From Eubacteriales bacterium (GTDB taxonomy: Bacteria; Bacillota; Clostridia; Oscillospirales; CAG-272): a DNA stretch of 64,000 nucleotides. The stretch is taken from assembly GCA_045632305.1 (NCBI GenBank), contig JAZQWL010000010.1:3399-67398 (forward strand), given 5' to 3'. The translations under genes and the position numbers were made by a program. This document shows, in pieces, positions 9,884 through 17,593 of this stretch. The notes under the pieces were generated by a model that saw nothing but the letters and a program-made list of their open reading frames with translations, was not told the origin of the DNA and searched no databases. How positions within the stretch are numbered: position 1 is the first letter of the stretch; the number at the start of each line of letters is the position of its first letter.

Positions 9884-10570
9884 GTGATACTTGAATCAAA
9901 GGAAACTACCGTCGCGTACAGATGTCCCGACTGCGGTGTGGGTATCATGAGCATCGTCGGTCTTTTCACTCTTTCCGCAGACATGATAAAGCTTAAGTGC
10001 TCATCCTGTGGCAAAAGTGAAATGAGCGTGGTGTACGACAAGGCGAACAATACCGTTCGTCTCTCCATCCCCTGCATCTTTTGCGGAAAGCCACACACGT
10101 ATAACGTAAGCACCACATTGTTCTTCAATAAGGAATTTCTGGCGCTCCAATGCCCGTACTCGAATATCGATATCGGATTTATCGGGGAGAGCAATAACGT
10201 CAAGGCGGCGCTTGCCGAGAATGAGCTTGAGCTTGTGCGCCTCATGGAGGAAAACGGAATAGCATCACTTTCGGATATTCAAAAGGAAAACAAGGTCGAC
10301 CTTCCCGATACCCAGCTTATGGATATCATCCTTTATATTATTAAAGACGTTGATGCGGAAGGAAAAATATACTGCAAGTGCCATCCGTCGGGACATCCCC
10401 CGATTTCTGACGGTGAGCTTGACAGAGAAGAGGAGCTCTACGACGTAGAGCTTGCAGAAAACGGTATTGTGATCACGTGCAGAGAATGTGGCGCGTCAAG
10501 GACTATCCCTACGGACTCCTTGCTTGCGGCAAACGCATTCCTCAATATTGATTCCATTACCCTCGAATAA
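9884..10570 (+). CDS. hypothetical zinc-ribbon protein (several CxxC pairs)
   Basis: GTG start with an AAAGGAG RBS. Cys pairs are CPDCG, CSSCG, CIFCG and CRECG. No family recognised. Confidence 0.5.
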   Translation: MILESKETTVAYRCPDCGVGIMSIVGLFTLSADMIKLKCSSCGKSEMSVVYDKANNTVRLSIPCIFCGKPHTYNVSTTLFFNKEFLALQCPYSNIDIGFIGESNNVKAALAENELELVRLMEENGIASLSDIQKENKVDLPDTQLMDIILYIIKDVDAEGKIYCKCHPSGHPPISDGELDREEELYDVELAENGIVITCRECGASRTIPTDSLLAANAFLNIDSITLE

Positions 10571-10605
10571 ATCGTAAATTACCTATTGTTTAAAGGAGAA
10601 ATAAA

Positions 10606-12411
10606 ATGAAAAAGATATTTTCCTTAGTTCTTGCATTTTTAATGGTTGTTACAGCATTCGCTTCCTTCACCGTGTACGCAGCTGACGGAGAGGCGGGCAA
10701 CTGGGAAATGCATCTCGACGCATTTGACGAGTCAAAGCTTGCTTCAGGCGGTGAAATATTTGTGTCGACTCCCGGCTATAATTACACGGACGATGGCTTT
10801 GAGGTCATTCCCGCAAAATATACGGGCACTCAGGCAAAGTATACTGTAATCAGTAAAGAAAAGTACAGCGCAAAGAATTTCTCGGTCAAGATAAGAATTG
10901 ATGAATTTGATATTTCCGGCGACGCGTGGCTCAGCTTCACATTCTGGAGCGAAAAGAACGGTCTGGCGCAGGGAAGCGGCTCGGGTGAATACGGCTACGG
11001 TTGGACGTCACTTATAAAGGACTGTGTTGAAGGCGGCACACGTGACGGAAACCTTTCCGTTTTTGAGGCGTACAGCCAGGGTACAAAAGCTCAACCGGGC
11101 GGATTTCAGAAGCTTTCCTCGGCTGACTTCACTCCCGTTAACACGGACGGAAAGCAGATCGTAGAATTTAAGGTTGAAAATCATAACGTATTTATAAACG
11201 GCGTTCAGCTTGATCAGACAAGCGCCGCAAGTCTTCGTAACGCATTCAGAACGGAATCCTTCCAGGCGTATTTTGGCATTTCCGTAAAGAGCGGTACTGC
11301 GGGCAAGCCTATTAAGTTTACGATTCTTGAGGTGAACGGAGAAAAGCCCACGGGTAGTGATTCGCTCTCTCCTGTAAACAGAGGTAAGACCTATGGCGAG
11401 ATGAAGGATCCTTCAACGATTCCCGCAGGTACGCCCGGTATTCTTCTTGACGGTACACTCGCAAATCAGAACAGCAAGCTCCCCTCGATCACAAACGGCT
11501 CCGCATCCGCAACGGATAACGGCGGAATTAAGATTACGGCAAGCTCTCTTAATTGCTCCGCTAATTTTGCGGTTAATGATAGCTACAGCGTTGACGTCAA
11601 CGATTTCCCCTACGTTGCGATAGTTTTGAAAAACTTCTGCACTTGCGGACGCGAGGACGGTCTTACAATCGCTGAAAACTGTTATTTCAAGGAAAACGGT
11701 GACATTTATTATTGTGTGGGTGATATTATCTCTCCCGACGAAGAGCATAAGCTCACTGTAAACGCAAATAATATGGTCGACGTATCTCCCGCTGACAGCG
11801 AGGATTATTATCTTCTTGTTTATGCCAAGATAGACACATCCGAGCTCGAAAATGAGGACGTGCGTATCAACAGTGTTAAATTCGATTTCCGCAACATGAA
11901 GCCCACACAGGGCATTGACAGCTTTGAAATCGAATTTGCGGGCTTCTTTAGAAGCGTTAAGGATATGGTTTCCTTTGCTACAAGCGAAGGCCTTTCGCTC
12001 ATAGATGACGAGATCTCTTACGAGGATCCTGAGGAACCTACAGAAGAGCCCACAGAAGAGCCCACAGAAGAGCCCACTGAAGAGCCCACTGAAGAGCCCA
12101 CCGAAGAGCCCACTGAGGAACCTACAGAGGAACCCACAGAAGCTCCGACCGAAGAACCCACAACAGAAGAGCCGACTGAAGAGCCCACAGAGGCGCCGAC
12201 AGACGCTCCTGCGACCGAAGAGCCCACAGAAGCTCCTGCAGAGCCCGAGACTGAGGCGTCGACGGGTAACGGTGAGAATACTACTACCGCCGCGACGGGC
12301 AACGAGAGTAAGGGCTGCGGCTCCGCTATCGGAATGGGTGTTGTTGCCATGATCACAACTGCTTGTGTTTCCGGTATTATCACATTCGGAAAGAAAAAGA
12401 AAAACAAATAA
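10606..12411 (+). CDS. secreted/cell-surface protein, paralog A: signal peptide, conserved ectodomain, (EEPT)n linker, C-terminal GCGS + TM + basic tail
   Basis: AGGAGA RBS. Signal peptide ends ...TVYA-AD. Homologous over its whole length to 12705-14408. C-terminus is KGCGSAIGMGVVAMITTACVSGIITFGKKKKNK. Confidence 0.8.
   Translation: MKKIFSLVLAFLMVVTAFASFTVYAADGEAGNWEMHLDAFDESKLASGGEIFVSTPGYNYTDDGFEVIPAKYTGTQAKYTVISKEKYSAKNFSVKIRIDEFDISGDAWLSFTFWSEKNGLAQGSGSGEYGYGWTSLIKDCVEGGTRDGNLSVFEAYSQGTKAQPGGFQKLSSADFTPVNTDGKQIVEFKVENHNVFINGVQLDQTSAASLRNAFRTESFQAYFGISVKSGTAGKPIKFTILEVNGEKPTGSDSLSPVNRGKTYGEMKDPSTIPAGTPGILLDGTLANQNSKLPSITNGSASATDNGGIKITASSLNCSANFAVNDSYSVDVNDFPYVAIVLKNFCTCGREDGLTIAENCYFKENGDIYYCVGDIISPDEEHKLTVNANNMVDVSPADSEDYYLLVYAKIDTSELENEDVRINSVKFDFRNMKPTQGIDSFEIEFAGFFRSVKDMVSFATSEGLSLIDDEISYEDPEEPTEEPTEEPTEEPTEEPTEEPTEEPTEEPTEEPTEAPTEEPTTEEPTEEPTEAPTDAPATEEPTEAPAEPETEASTGNGENTTTAATGNESKGCGSAIGMGVVAMITTACVSGIITFGKKKKNK
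12028..12240 (+). repeat. 12-bp in-frame tandem repeat encoding (E-E-P-T)n
   Basis: gaagagcccaca-type units repeat about 15 times with synonymous or near-synonymous variation inside paralog A. Confidence 0.85.
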
Positions 12412-12614
12412 TACTACATAAAGTAGAAAACGGCGTTTTGTCTTCGGCAGAGCGCTGTTTTTGTATATAAAAAACAAACAAAATGTTCAATTATTAACCG
12501 ATTGTTTATAAAAAATCGCACAAAAACGCGTTTGTTTTTCGCGTGTGATAAAATCTGTTTTGCGGTAGGTTAAAACTCCCAAAAATATTATTATATATAT
12601 GTGCATTTTGTCTA

Positions 12615-12643
12615 TTTACTTAATTTGGAATTTGTGTTATAAT
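12615..12643 (+). promoter_or_regulatory. sigma-A promoter of paralog B
   Basis: TTTACT-17 nt-TATAAT, about 60 nt upstream of the AGGAGA RBS. Confidence 0.5.
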
Positions 12644-12704
12644 TACTGTGAACAAGTGTTTTTAGAAAAACACAAATATTAATTTCTAAAGGAGAAATTC
12701 TAAA

Positions 12705-14408
12705 ATGAGAAAGATTCTTTCCATCATTCTTGCATCTCTTATGATTCTTTCCACATTTGCTATGATTTCCGTATCCGCTGATGAGGCAGCTTCGGGAACA
12801 GAAGGTAACTGGGAAGTTCACCTTGATGCATTTGAGGAAGCAAAGAAAGAAAATGGCGAGGAGGTTTTCCAGCCCCTCCCCGGTTATCACTATACCGATG
12901 ATGGCTTTGAAATTAAGCCCGCTGAATACAATAACGTTCAGGCAAAGTATACTGTAATCAGTAAGACAAAGTACAGCTCCAAGAACTTTTCTATCAAGAT
13001 CCGTCTTGATGACTATTCTACAGAGGGCGATAGCTGGGTAAGCTTCAGCTTCTGGAGCGAAAAGCACGGTCTCGCTCAGGGTTCTACAAACTCTGACGGC
13101 TCCTTCGGTTACGGTTGGTACTCCCTCCTCCGTGACGTACTTGATCCCTATGAGGAAAGAGACGGCAAGCTCTCTTACATGCAGACCTACAACTCCGGTA
13201 CAAAGGCACAGCCCGGTGGTAACTTCACAATGGAAACCATTGAGTTTGAGCCCGACGTTGATGAAAACGGTATCCAGTACCTCACTTTTGAAGTAAAGAA
13301 CTATATCATCTTTATCAACGGTGTTGAGGTTGGTTCTACAACTAACGCTGCTAAGGCGCTCAGAAACGCGTTCAAGGATGACTCCTACCTTGCATACTTC
13401 GGTATTTCCGTAAAGAGCGGCTTGGCTAATACTCCTATCAAGTTCACAATTACTGAGGTTGATGGCGTTAAGCCCACAGGTACTGACAGCCAGGAGCCCG
13501 AAACAAAGACAAGAGAATACGGTGATATGATCGATGCATCCACAATTCCCGCAGGTACTCCCGGCGTTCTTTTCGATGCATCCATGGAAAAGCAGAACGT
13601 TAAGATGCCCTCCACATCCAAGTGCATTGTTGACTTCAACGAGGATGAATCCGCATTCAAGATCACAGCTTACGATATGATCGGTTCTATCGGCTTCTCC
13701 GTTAAGGACGATTATTCCGTTGATGTTAAGGATTTCCCCTACGTAGCAATTCTTTTGAAGAATTACTGCTCTTGCGAGCCCACAGAAGGCGTTTCTATGT
13801 CTGAAAACTGCGGCTTCGATGAAGAAGCAGGTATCTACTACTGCGCAGGTGACGTTCTTGCTCCCGATGATAAATACAAGTTTGTTCTCACAGGCGACGA
13901 TATGGTAGACGTATCTCCCGACGGAGCAGAGGATTATTATACTATCTTCTGGCAGAAGATCGATACATCAGTATTCGAAGAGGATGAGGACGGCAACAGA
14001 ATCCACTCTCTCCGTTTTGACTTTGCATACATCACTCCTATGCAGGAATTCGAGATCATCTCCGCAGGTTACTTCAAGAACAGGGAAGACATCGTTTCCT
14101 TCCTTACAGCAGCCGGCTATAACATTTCCATCGAGGATATGGGCGGTGCAGAAGATGATAACGAAGGTGAGCCCGGCGGCGTAGAAGAGGAAACAACTGA
14201 GCCCAACTACGATAATACTCCCGAGGATTTCACTGACGAAGGTGAAGAAGAAACAACAAAGAAGAAGGAAAACAAGACAACAGCTGCTTCTAACGATGAA
14301 GACAAGAAGGGCGGTTGCGGTTCTGTAGTTGGTATGGGCGCAGTTGCTATTATTGCAACAGCTTCCGTAGCAGGCGCAGTTATCTTCAAGAAGAGAAAAG
14401 AAGATTGA
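12705..14408 (+). CDS. secreted/cell-surface protein, paralog B: signal peptide, conserved ectodomain, acidic linker, C-terminal GCGS + TM + basic tail
   Basis: Signal peptide ends ...SVSA-DE. Collinear similarity to paralog A (GNWE.HLDAF, QAKYTVISK.KYS.KNFS.KIR, FWSEK.GLAQGS, FPYVAI.LKN.C.C). C-terminus is KGGCGSVVGMGAVAIIATASVAGAVIFKKRKED. Confidence 0.8.
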   Translation: MRKILSIILASLMILSTFAMISVSADEAASGTEGNWEVHLDAFEEAKKENGEEVFQPLPGYHYTDDGFEIKPAEYNNVQAKYTVISKTKYSSKNFSIKIRLDDYSTEGDSWVSFSFWSEKHGLAQGSTNSDGSFGYGWYSLLRDVLDPYEERDGKLSYMQTYNSGTKAQPGGNFTMETIEFEPDVDENGIQYLTFEVKNYIIFINGVEVGSTTNAAKALRNAFKDDSYLAYFGISVKSGLANTPIKFTITEVDGVKPTGTDSQEPETKTREYGDMIDASTIPAGTPGVLFDASMEKQNVKMPSTSKCIVDFNEDESAFKITAYDMIGSIGFSVKDDYSVDVKDFPYVAILLKNYCSCEPTEGVSMSENCGFDEEAGIYYCAGDVLAPDDKYKFVLTGDDMVDVSPDGAEDYYTIFWQKIDTSVFEEDEDGNRIHSLRFDFAYITPMQEFEIISAGYFKNREDIVSFLTAAGYNISIEDMGGAEDDNEGEPGGVEEETTEPNYDNTPEDFTDEGEEETTKKKENKTTAASNDEDKKGGCGSVVGMGAVAIIATASVAGAVIFKKRKED

Positions 14409-14445
14409 TTTTAAATCATATTGATTTTTAATCTCAAAATCAATA

Positions 14446-14473
14446 CCCCGCGAAAATTCGCGGGGTGTTTTTT
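14446..14473 (+). terminator. intrinsic terminator after paralog B
   Basis: CCCCGCG...CGCGGGG stem followed by TGTTTTTT. Confidence 0.7.
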
Positions 14474-14516
14474 GATAAATTTATACCAAAATAAGGGATT
14501 TTTTTACGATAACCTA

Positions 14517-14545
14517 TTGAAAGAAAGCAAAAATAGTGATATAAT
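14517..14545 (+). promoter_or_regulatory. sigma-A promoter of ilvE
   Basis: TTGAAA-17 nt-TATAAT. The leader is only about 30 nt. Confidence 0.6.
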
Positions 14546-14580
14546 CATATACATAGATAACCCGAAGGGACGTGATATTT

Positions 14581-15606
14581 ATGGATAAGAAAAATATAAA
14601 TTGGAGCGAGCTTGGTTTCGGTTACGTAAAGACCGACAAGAGATACGTTTCTTATTATAAGGACGGCAAGTGGGACGACGGTCAGCTTACCGAGGACGAT
14701 ATGATAACACTTAGCGAATGCGCTTGCGTTTTCCAGTACTGTCAGACCTGCTTTGAAGGACTCAAGGCGTACACAACTGCCGATGGGAAGATAGTTGCAT
14801 TCCGCCCCGATCTCAATGCAGAGAGAATGGCTCAGTCTGCCGACAAGCTCAAGATGCCGATCTTCCCCGAGGAAAGATTTGTTGATGCTGTTGTAAAGAC
14901 GGTTCGTGCAAATAAGGAATTTGTGCCTCCATACGGCTCGGGCGCGACGCTTTATCTTCGCCCTTATATGATGGGAACGAATCCCGTAATCGGCGTAAAG
15001 CCCGCTACGGAATTTCAGTTCAGAATTTTCGCGACGCCCGTAGGCCCTTATTTCAAGGGTGGCGTTCGTCCTCTTAAGCTCCGCATTTCGGATCTTGACA
15101 GAGCCGCGCCCTATGGCACGGGACATATCAAGGCGGGACTTAACTACGCGATGAGTCTTTACAATATCGTAGACGCGCACGACAAGGGATTTGACGAAAA
15201 TATTTACCTTGATCCTAAAACTCATACGAAGATCGAGGAAACGGGCGGCGCAAATATTATATTCATTACAAAGGACGGCAAGGTTGTTACACCTAAGTCG
15301 AACAGCATTTTGCCCTCTATTACAAGACGCTCGCTTCTTTACGTTGCGAAGGAATATCTCGGTCTTGAGGTTGAGGAAAGAGAAGTCGACGTAAACGAGC
15401 TTGAGGACTTTGCGGAATGTGGCCTCTGCGGTACTGCGGCGGTAATTTCTCCTGTGGGCATGATCGTTCACGGCGATAAGGAGATCGCGCTTCCTTCGGG
15501 AATGAACGATATGGGGCAGGTAACGAAGAAGCTCTATGACACTCTTACGGGAATTCAGATGGGTAGAATCCCTGCTCCCGAGGGTTGGATTACGGTAATC
15601 GAATAA
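14581..15606 (+). CDS. ilvE: branched-chain amino acid aminotransferase
   Basis: Class IV aminotransferase sequence (NWSELGFGYVKTD..., LRPYMMGTNPVIGV, GTGHIKAGLNY, GTAAVISPV). ATG 14581 preferred, placed after GAAGGGA. Confidence 0.85.
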   Translation: MDKKNINWSELGFGYVKTDKRYVSYYKDGKWDDGQLTEDDMITLSECACVFQYCQTCFEGLKAYTTADGKIVAFRPDLNAERMAQSADKLKMPIFPEERFVDAVVKTVRANKEFVPPYGSGATLYLRPYMMGTNPVIGVKPATEFQFRIFATPVGPYFKGGVRPLKLRISDLDRAAPYGTGHIKAGLNYAMSLYNIVDAHDKGFDENIYLDPKTHTKIEETGGANIIFITKDGKVVTPKSNSILPSITRRSLLYVAKEYLGLEVEEREVDVNELEDFAECGLCGTAAVISPVGMIVHGDKEIALPSGMNDMGQVTKKLYDTLTGIQMGRIPAPEGWITVIE

Positions 15607-15610
15607 AATA

Positions 15611-15640
15611 AAAATCCCGATTGCAAGATCGGGATTTTTT
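15611..15640 (+). terminator. intrinsic terminator after ilvE
   Basis: ATCCCGAT.../...ATCGGGAT stem followed by TTTTTT. Confidence 0.7.
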
Positions 15641-15662
15641 GGAAAGAAGGTTGAGGTTTTCT

Positions 15663-16403
15663 GTGATACAGGATCTGCATTCACATACTTATTATTCGTT
15701 TTGCGGCGAGGATACTCCCGAGGCGGTGGTTGAAGCGGCGATAAATGGCGGCATAGAGGTGCTTGGAATAACCGACCACAATCATGGAATCGGAAACGCA
15801 ACAACACAGGTGTTTTTTCACGGCAACAAAATTGAAAAATACGATTATGAGCGCACGCTCAGACGTTATTTTGACCATATAAATCTCATTAAAGAAAAAT
15901 ATGACGGAAAAATACAAATTTTGCGCGGTATAGAGCTTTGCACAAAGAATTTGCAGAGGCATTTCCTCCCCGATAACGCGGACGTCTCGTTTTTTGATTA
16001 TTGTTTGATAGAAAATATTGACGAGGCGGACAGTGTTACGAATAACGATATTTTTTCTTATGCGGAACGGCTCGGAACTGTCTGCGGTGTCGCGCATACG
16101 GATATGTTTGCCTATATAAAATCGCGCGGCGAGGATGCGTATAAATATTTCAAGAGAATGGCGGATATGGGTATTTTCTGGGAAATGAACGTAAACCTCG
16201 ATACGATCCACGGCGGCAGGGAGCATAAATATATGCTTGACTTTTTCTCAAACGAAGAACAAAAGGCAATTGTTCGTGAATCGGGAGTTCGTCTTTCGGT
16301 TGGCTTTGACGGACACAGAGTTTACGATTATAAGCCCGATAGAATAGCGTATTATTGTAACAAAATAAGCGAGATGGGTATTAAGCTCGCGTTTGAAGAA
16401 TAA
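15663..16403 (+). CDS. PHP-domain phosphoesterase (histidinol-phosphatase-like family)
   Basis: N-terminal DLHSHTYYS and ITDHNHG PHP motifs. Start moved to GTG 15663 because the upstream part of the ORF overlaps the ilvE terminator. Confidence 0.65.
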   Translation: MIQDLHSHTYYSFCGEDTPEAVVEAAINGGIEVLGITDHNHGIGNATTQVFFHGNKIEKYDYERTLRRYFDHINLIKEKYDGKIQILRGIELCTKNLQRHFLPDNADVSFFDYCLIENIDEADSVTNNDIFSYAERLGTVCGVAHTDMFAYIKSRGEDAYKYFKRMADMGIFWEMNVNLDTIHGGREHKYMLDFFSNEEQKAIVRESGVRLSVGFDGHRVYDYKPDRIAYYCNKISEMGIKLAFEE

Positions 16404-16437
16404 AAAACGGTGTTGGAAATCCAACACCGTTTTTTTT
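16404..16437. terminator. intrinsic terminator hairpin (bidirectional shape)
   Basis: AACGGTGTTGG/CCAACACCGTT stem flanked by an A-run and a T-run. Confidence 0.7.
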
Positions 16438-16481
16438 GTAGATTTGTTCTGTGCCAAAGCAGTAAAAGACTGATTGGGTTT

Positions 16482-16661
16482 GGATGCAGAAGGCGTGATC
16501 GCGAGAACGTAGCCGTACAAGGGTACGGCAGAGACCGCGAGCCCGACTAAAACGCCACAAAAAAATGAGGAAAACCGCAGACTTGTCTGCGGTTTTCAAC
16601 TTTAAAAAGAAATATACTTTAAATTTTGATAAAACTGTGTAAATCTTTTTGTGTGGCGTTT
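16482..16661. ncRNA. unclassified structured intergenic element, copy 1 (homologous to 52153-52324)
   Basis: About 118 nt aligns to copy 2. It shares a nested hairpin, a long-range helix with compensatory changes, and a GC hairpin. Strand of expression unresolved. Confidence 0.5.
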
Positions 16662-16678
16662 GTTCTGCGCCAAAGCAA

Positions 16679-17182
16679 TCAGTCTTCAATTACTTCCATT
16701 TTGTCGATTACAACCGCACACTTCGGAACATCACTGAAGTAGGAATAGTTACCCGTCTTAACGTCCGCAATCGCGTCAACAACCTCAATACCTTCAATAA
16801 CCGCACCGAATGCCGCATACTGTGTGTCGAGGTGGGGAGCATCCTTGTGCATAATAAAGAACTGTGAGGACGCGGAGTTGGGATCCATTGTACGAGCCAT
16901 GGAGAGAACGCCGCGCTTGTGCTTGATGTCGTTCGCCATAAAGCCGTTTCTGATGAATTCGCCCTTGATCGACTTTGCTTCAACGTGGTCGAAGCTTTCG
17001 TCAAATCCACCGCCCTGAATCATAAAGCCCGCGATTACTCTGTGGAAGATAAGTCCCGAGTAGAAGTCGCTCTGTACAAGAGAAAGAAAGTTTTCAACCG
17101 TCTTGGGTGCCTTTTCGGGGTAGAGCTCAACTGTCATCTCACCGAAATCTCTCACTGTTATTTTTACCTTTGGATTGTTCAT
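16679..17182 (-). CDS. ppiB: peptidyl-prolyl cis-trans isomerase, cyclophilin type
   Basis: Cyclophilin motifs (FHRVIAGFMIQGGGF, LSMARTMDPNSASSQFFI). Start at the second ATG (17182), after AGGAAC. Confidence 0.85.
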   Translation of the reverse strand: MNNPKVKITVRDFGEMTVELYPEKAPKTVENFLSLVQSDFYSGLIFHRVIAGFMIQGGGFDESFDHVEAKSIKGEFIRNGFMANDIKHKRGVLSMARTMDPNSASSQFFIMHKDAPHLDTQYAAFGAVIEGIEVVDAIADVKTGNYSYFSDVPKCAVVIDKMEVIED

Positions 17183-17213
17183 TTTTGTAGTTCCTTTCGA
17201 TATGTTAAATGTT

Positions 17214-17591
17214 TTATTCAATACTGTAGCCGATGCGGAAAAGCTGCGTTATGCGCTCGAAGTTTCCTTTTAAGTGAAGGTAGCCGAAAAGTGTTTCCAT
17301 ACCCGTTGCGGCACGATATTCGCTAACTGTGGCGCTTTTGGGAACGTTTCCGCCCGCTTTGTTGCGACCTCGCTTGAAGATTGCCTCTTCTTCTTCGCTC
17401 AGGTGGGGGAGTATATTTCGCATTGCCTGCGCCTGCGCGCCCGCCTTTACAAATTCGAGGGACTTTGAGTTAAGCCGCCCCGAGCTTGTGATATTCATAT
17501 TTACAAGATGCTCGCGCACAAGGAGCTCGATTACCGAGTCGCCGAGATACGCCAAGGCATCCGTTGTTATTTCTTCGAAATTTATTGACAT
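17214..17591 (-). CDS. mrnC: mini-ribonuclease 3
   Basis: LAYLGDSVIELLVREHL motif and a size of about 125 aa. ATG 17591 is preceded by GAGGAA. Confidence 0.8.
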   Translation of the reverse strand: MSINFEEITTDALAYLGDSVIELLVREHLVNMNITSSGRLNSKSLEFVKAGAQAQAMRNILPHLSEEEEAIFKRGRNKAGGNVPKSATVSEYRAATGMETLFGYLHLKGNFERITQLFRIGYSIE

Positions 17592-17593
17592 GT

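Noticed and set aside
11413-12477. 354-aa minus-strand ORF opposite paralog A, along with other ORFs in the EEPT repeat region.
   Set aside because: It is kept open by the 12-bp repeat (giving FCGL/SVGS repeats), is antisense to a gene with a signal peptide, RBS and paralog support, and crosses the intergenic region.
14545-15807. 420-aa minus-strand ORF overlapping ilvE and the PHP gene.
   Set aside because: It is antisense to two well-supported genes, has Arg/Leu/Ser-rich shadow-frame composition, spans an intergenic terminator and has no recognisable motifs.
16482-16600. Self-cleaving ribozyme (hammerhead/twister-like) in the two-copy element.
   Set aside because: No CUGANGA...GAAA hammerhead core is present on either strand, and I see no other ribozyme core I can recognise. 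CTGATTG at 16470-16476 has the wrong residue and lies outside the conserved block.
16381-16689. 102-aa minus-strand ORF running through repeat-element copy 1. Its counterpart at 52110-52349 (79 aa) starts with a TAATG overlap on the asnS stop.
   Set aside because: The two ORFs share a short similar N-terminal stretch (F-x-AE-x-x-P-x-KK...V..KFK). But an indel near GTTGAAA shifts the reading frame relative to the conserved nucleotides, so the best-conserved block (CTCTGCCGTACC...) is read in different frames in the two copies. Both ORFs run through terminator hairpins and lack an RBS. Nucleotide-level and structural conservation explains the similarity.
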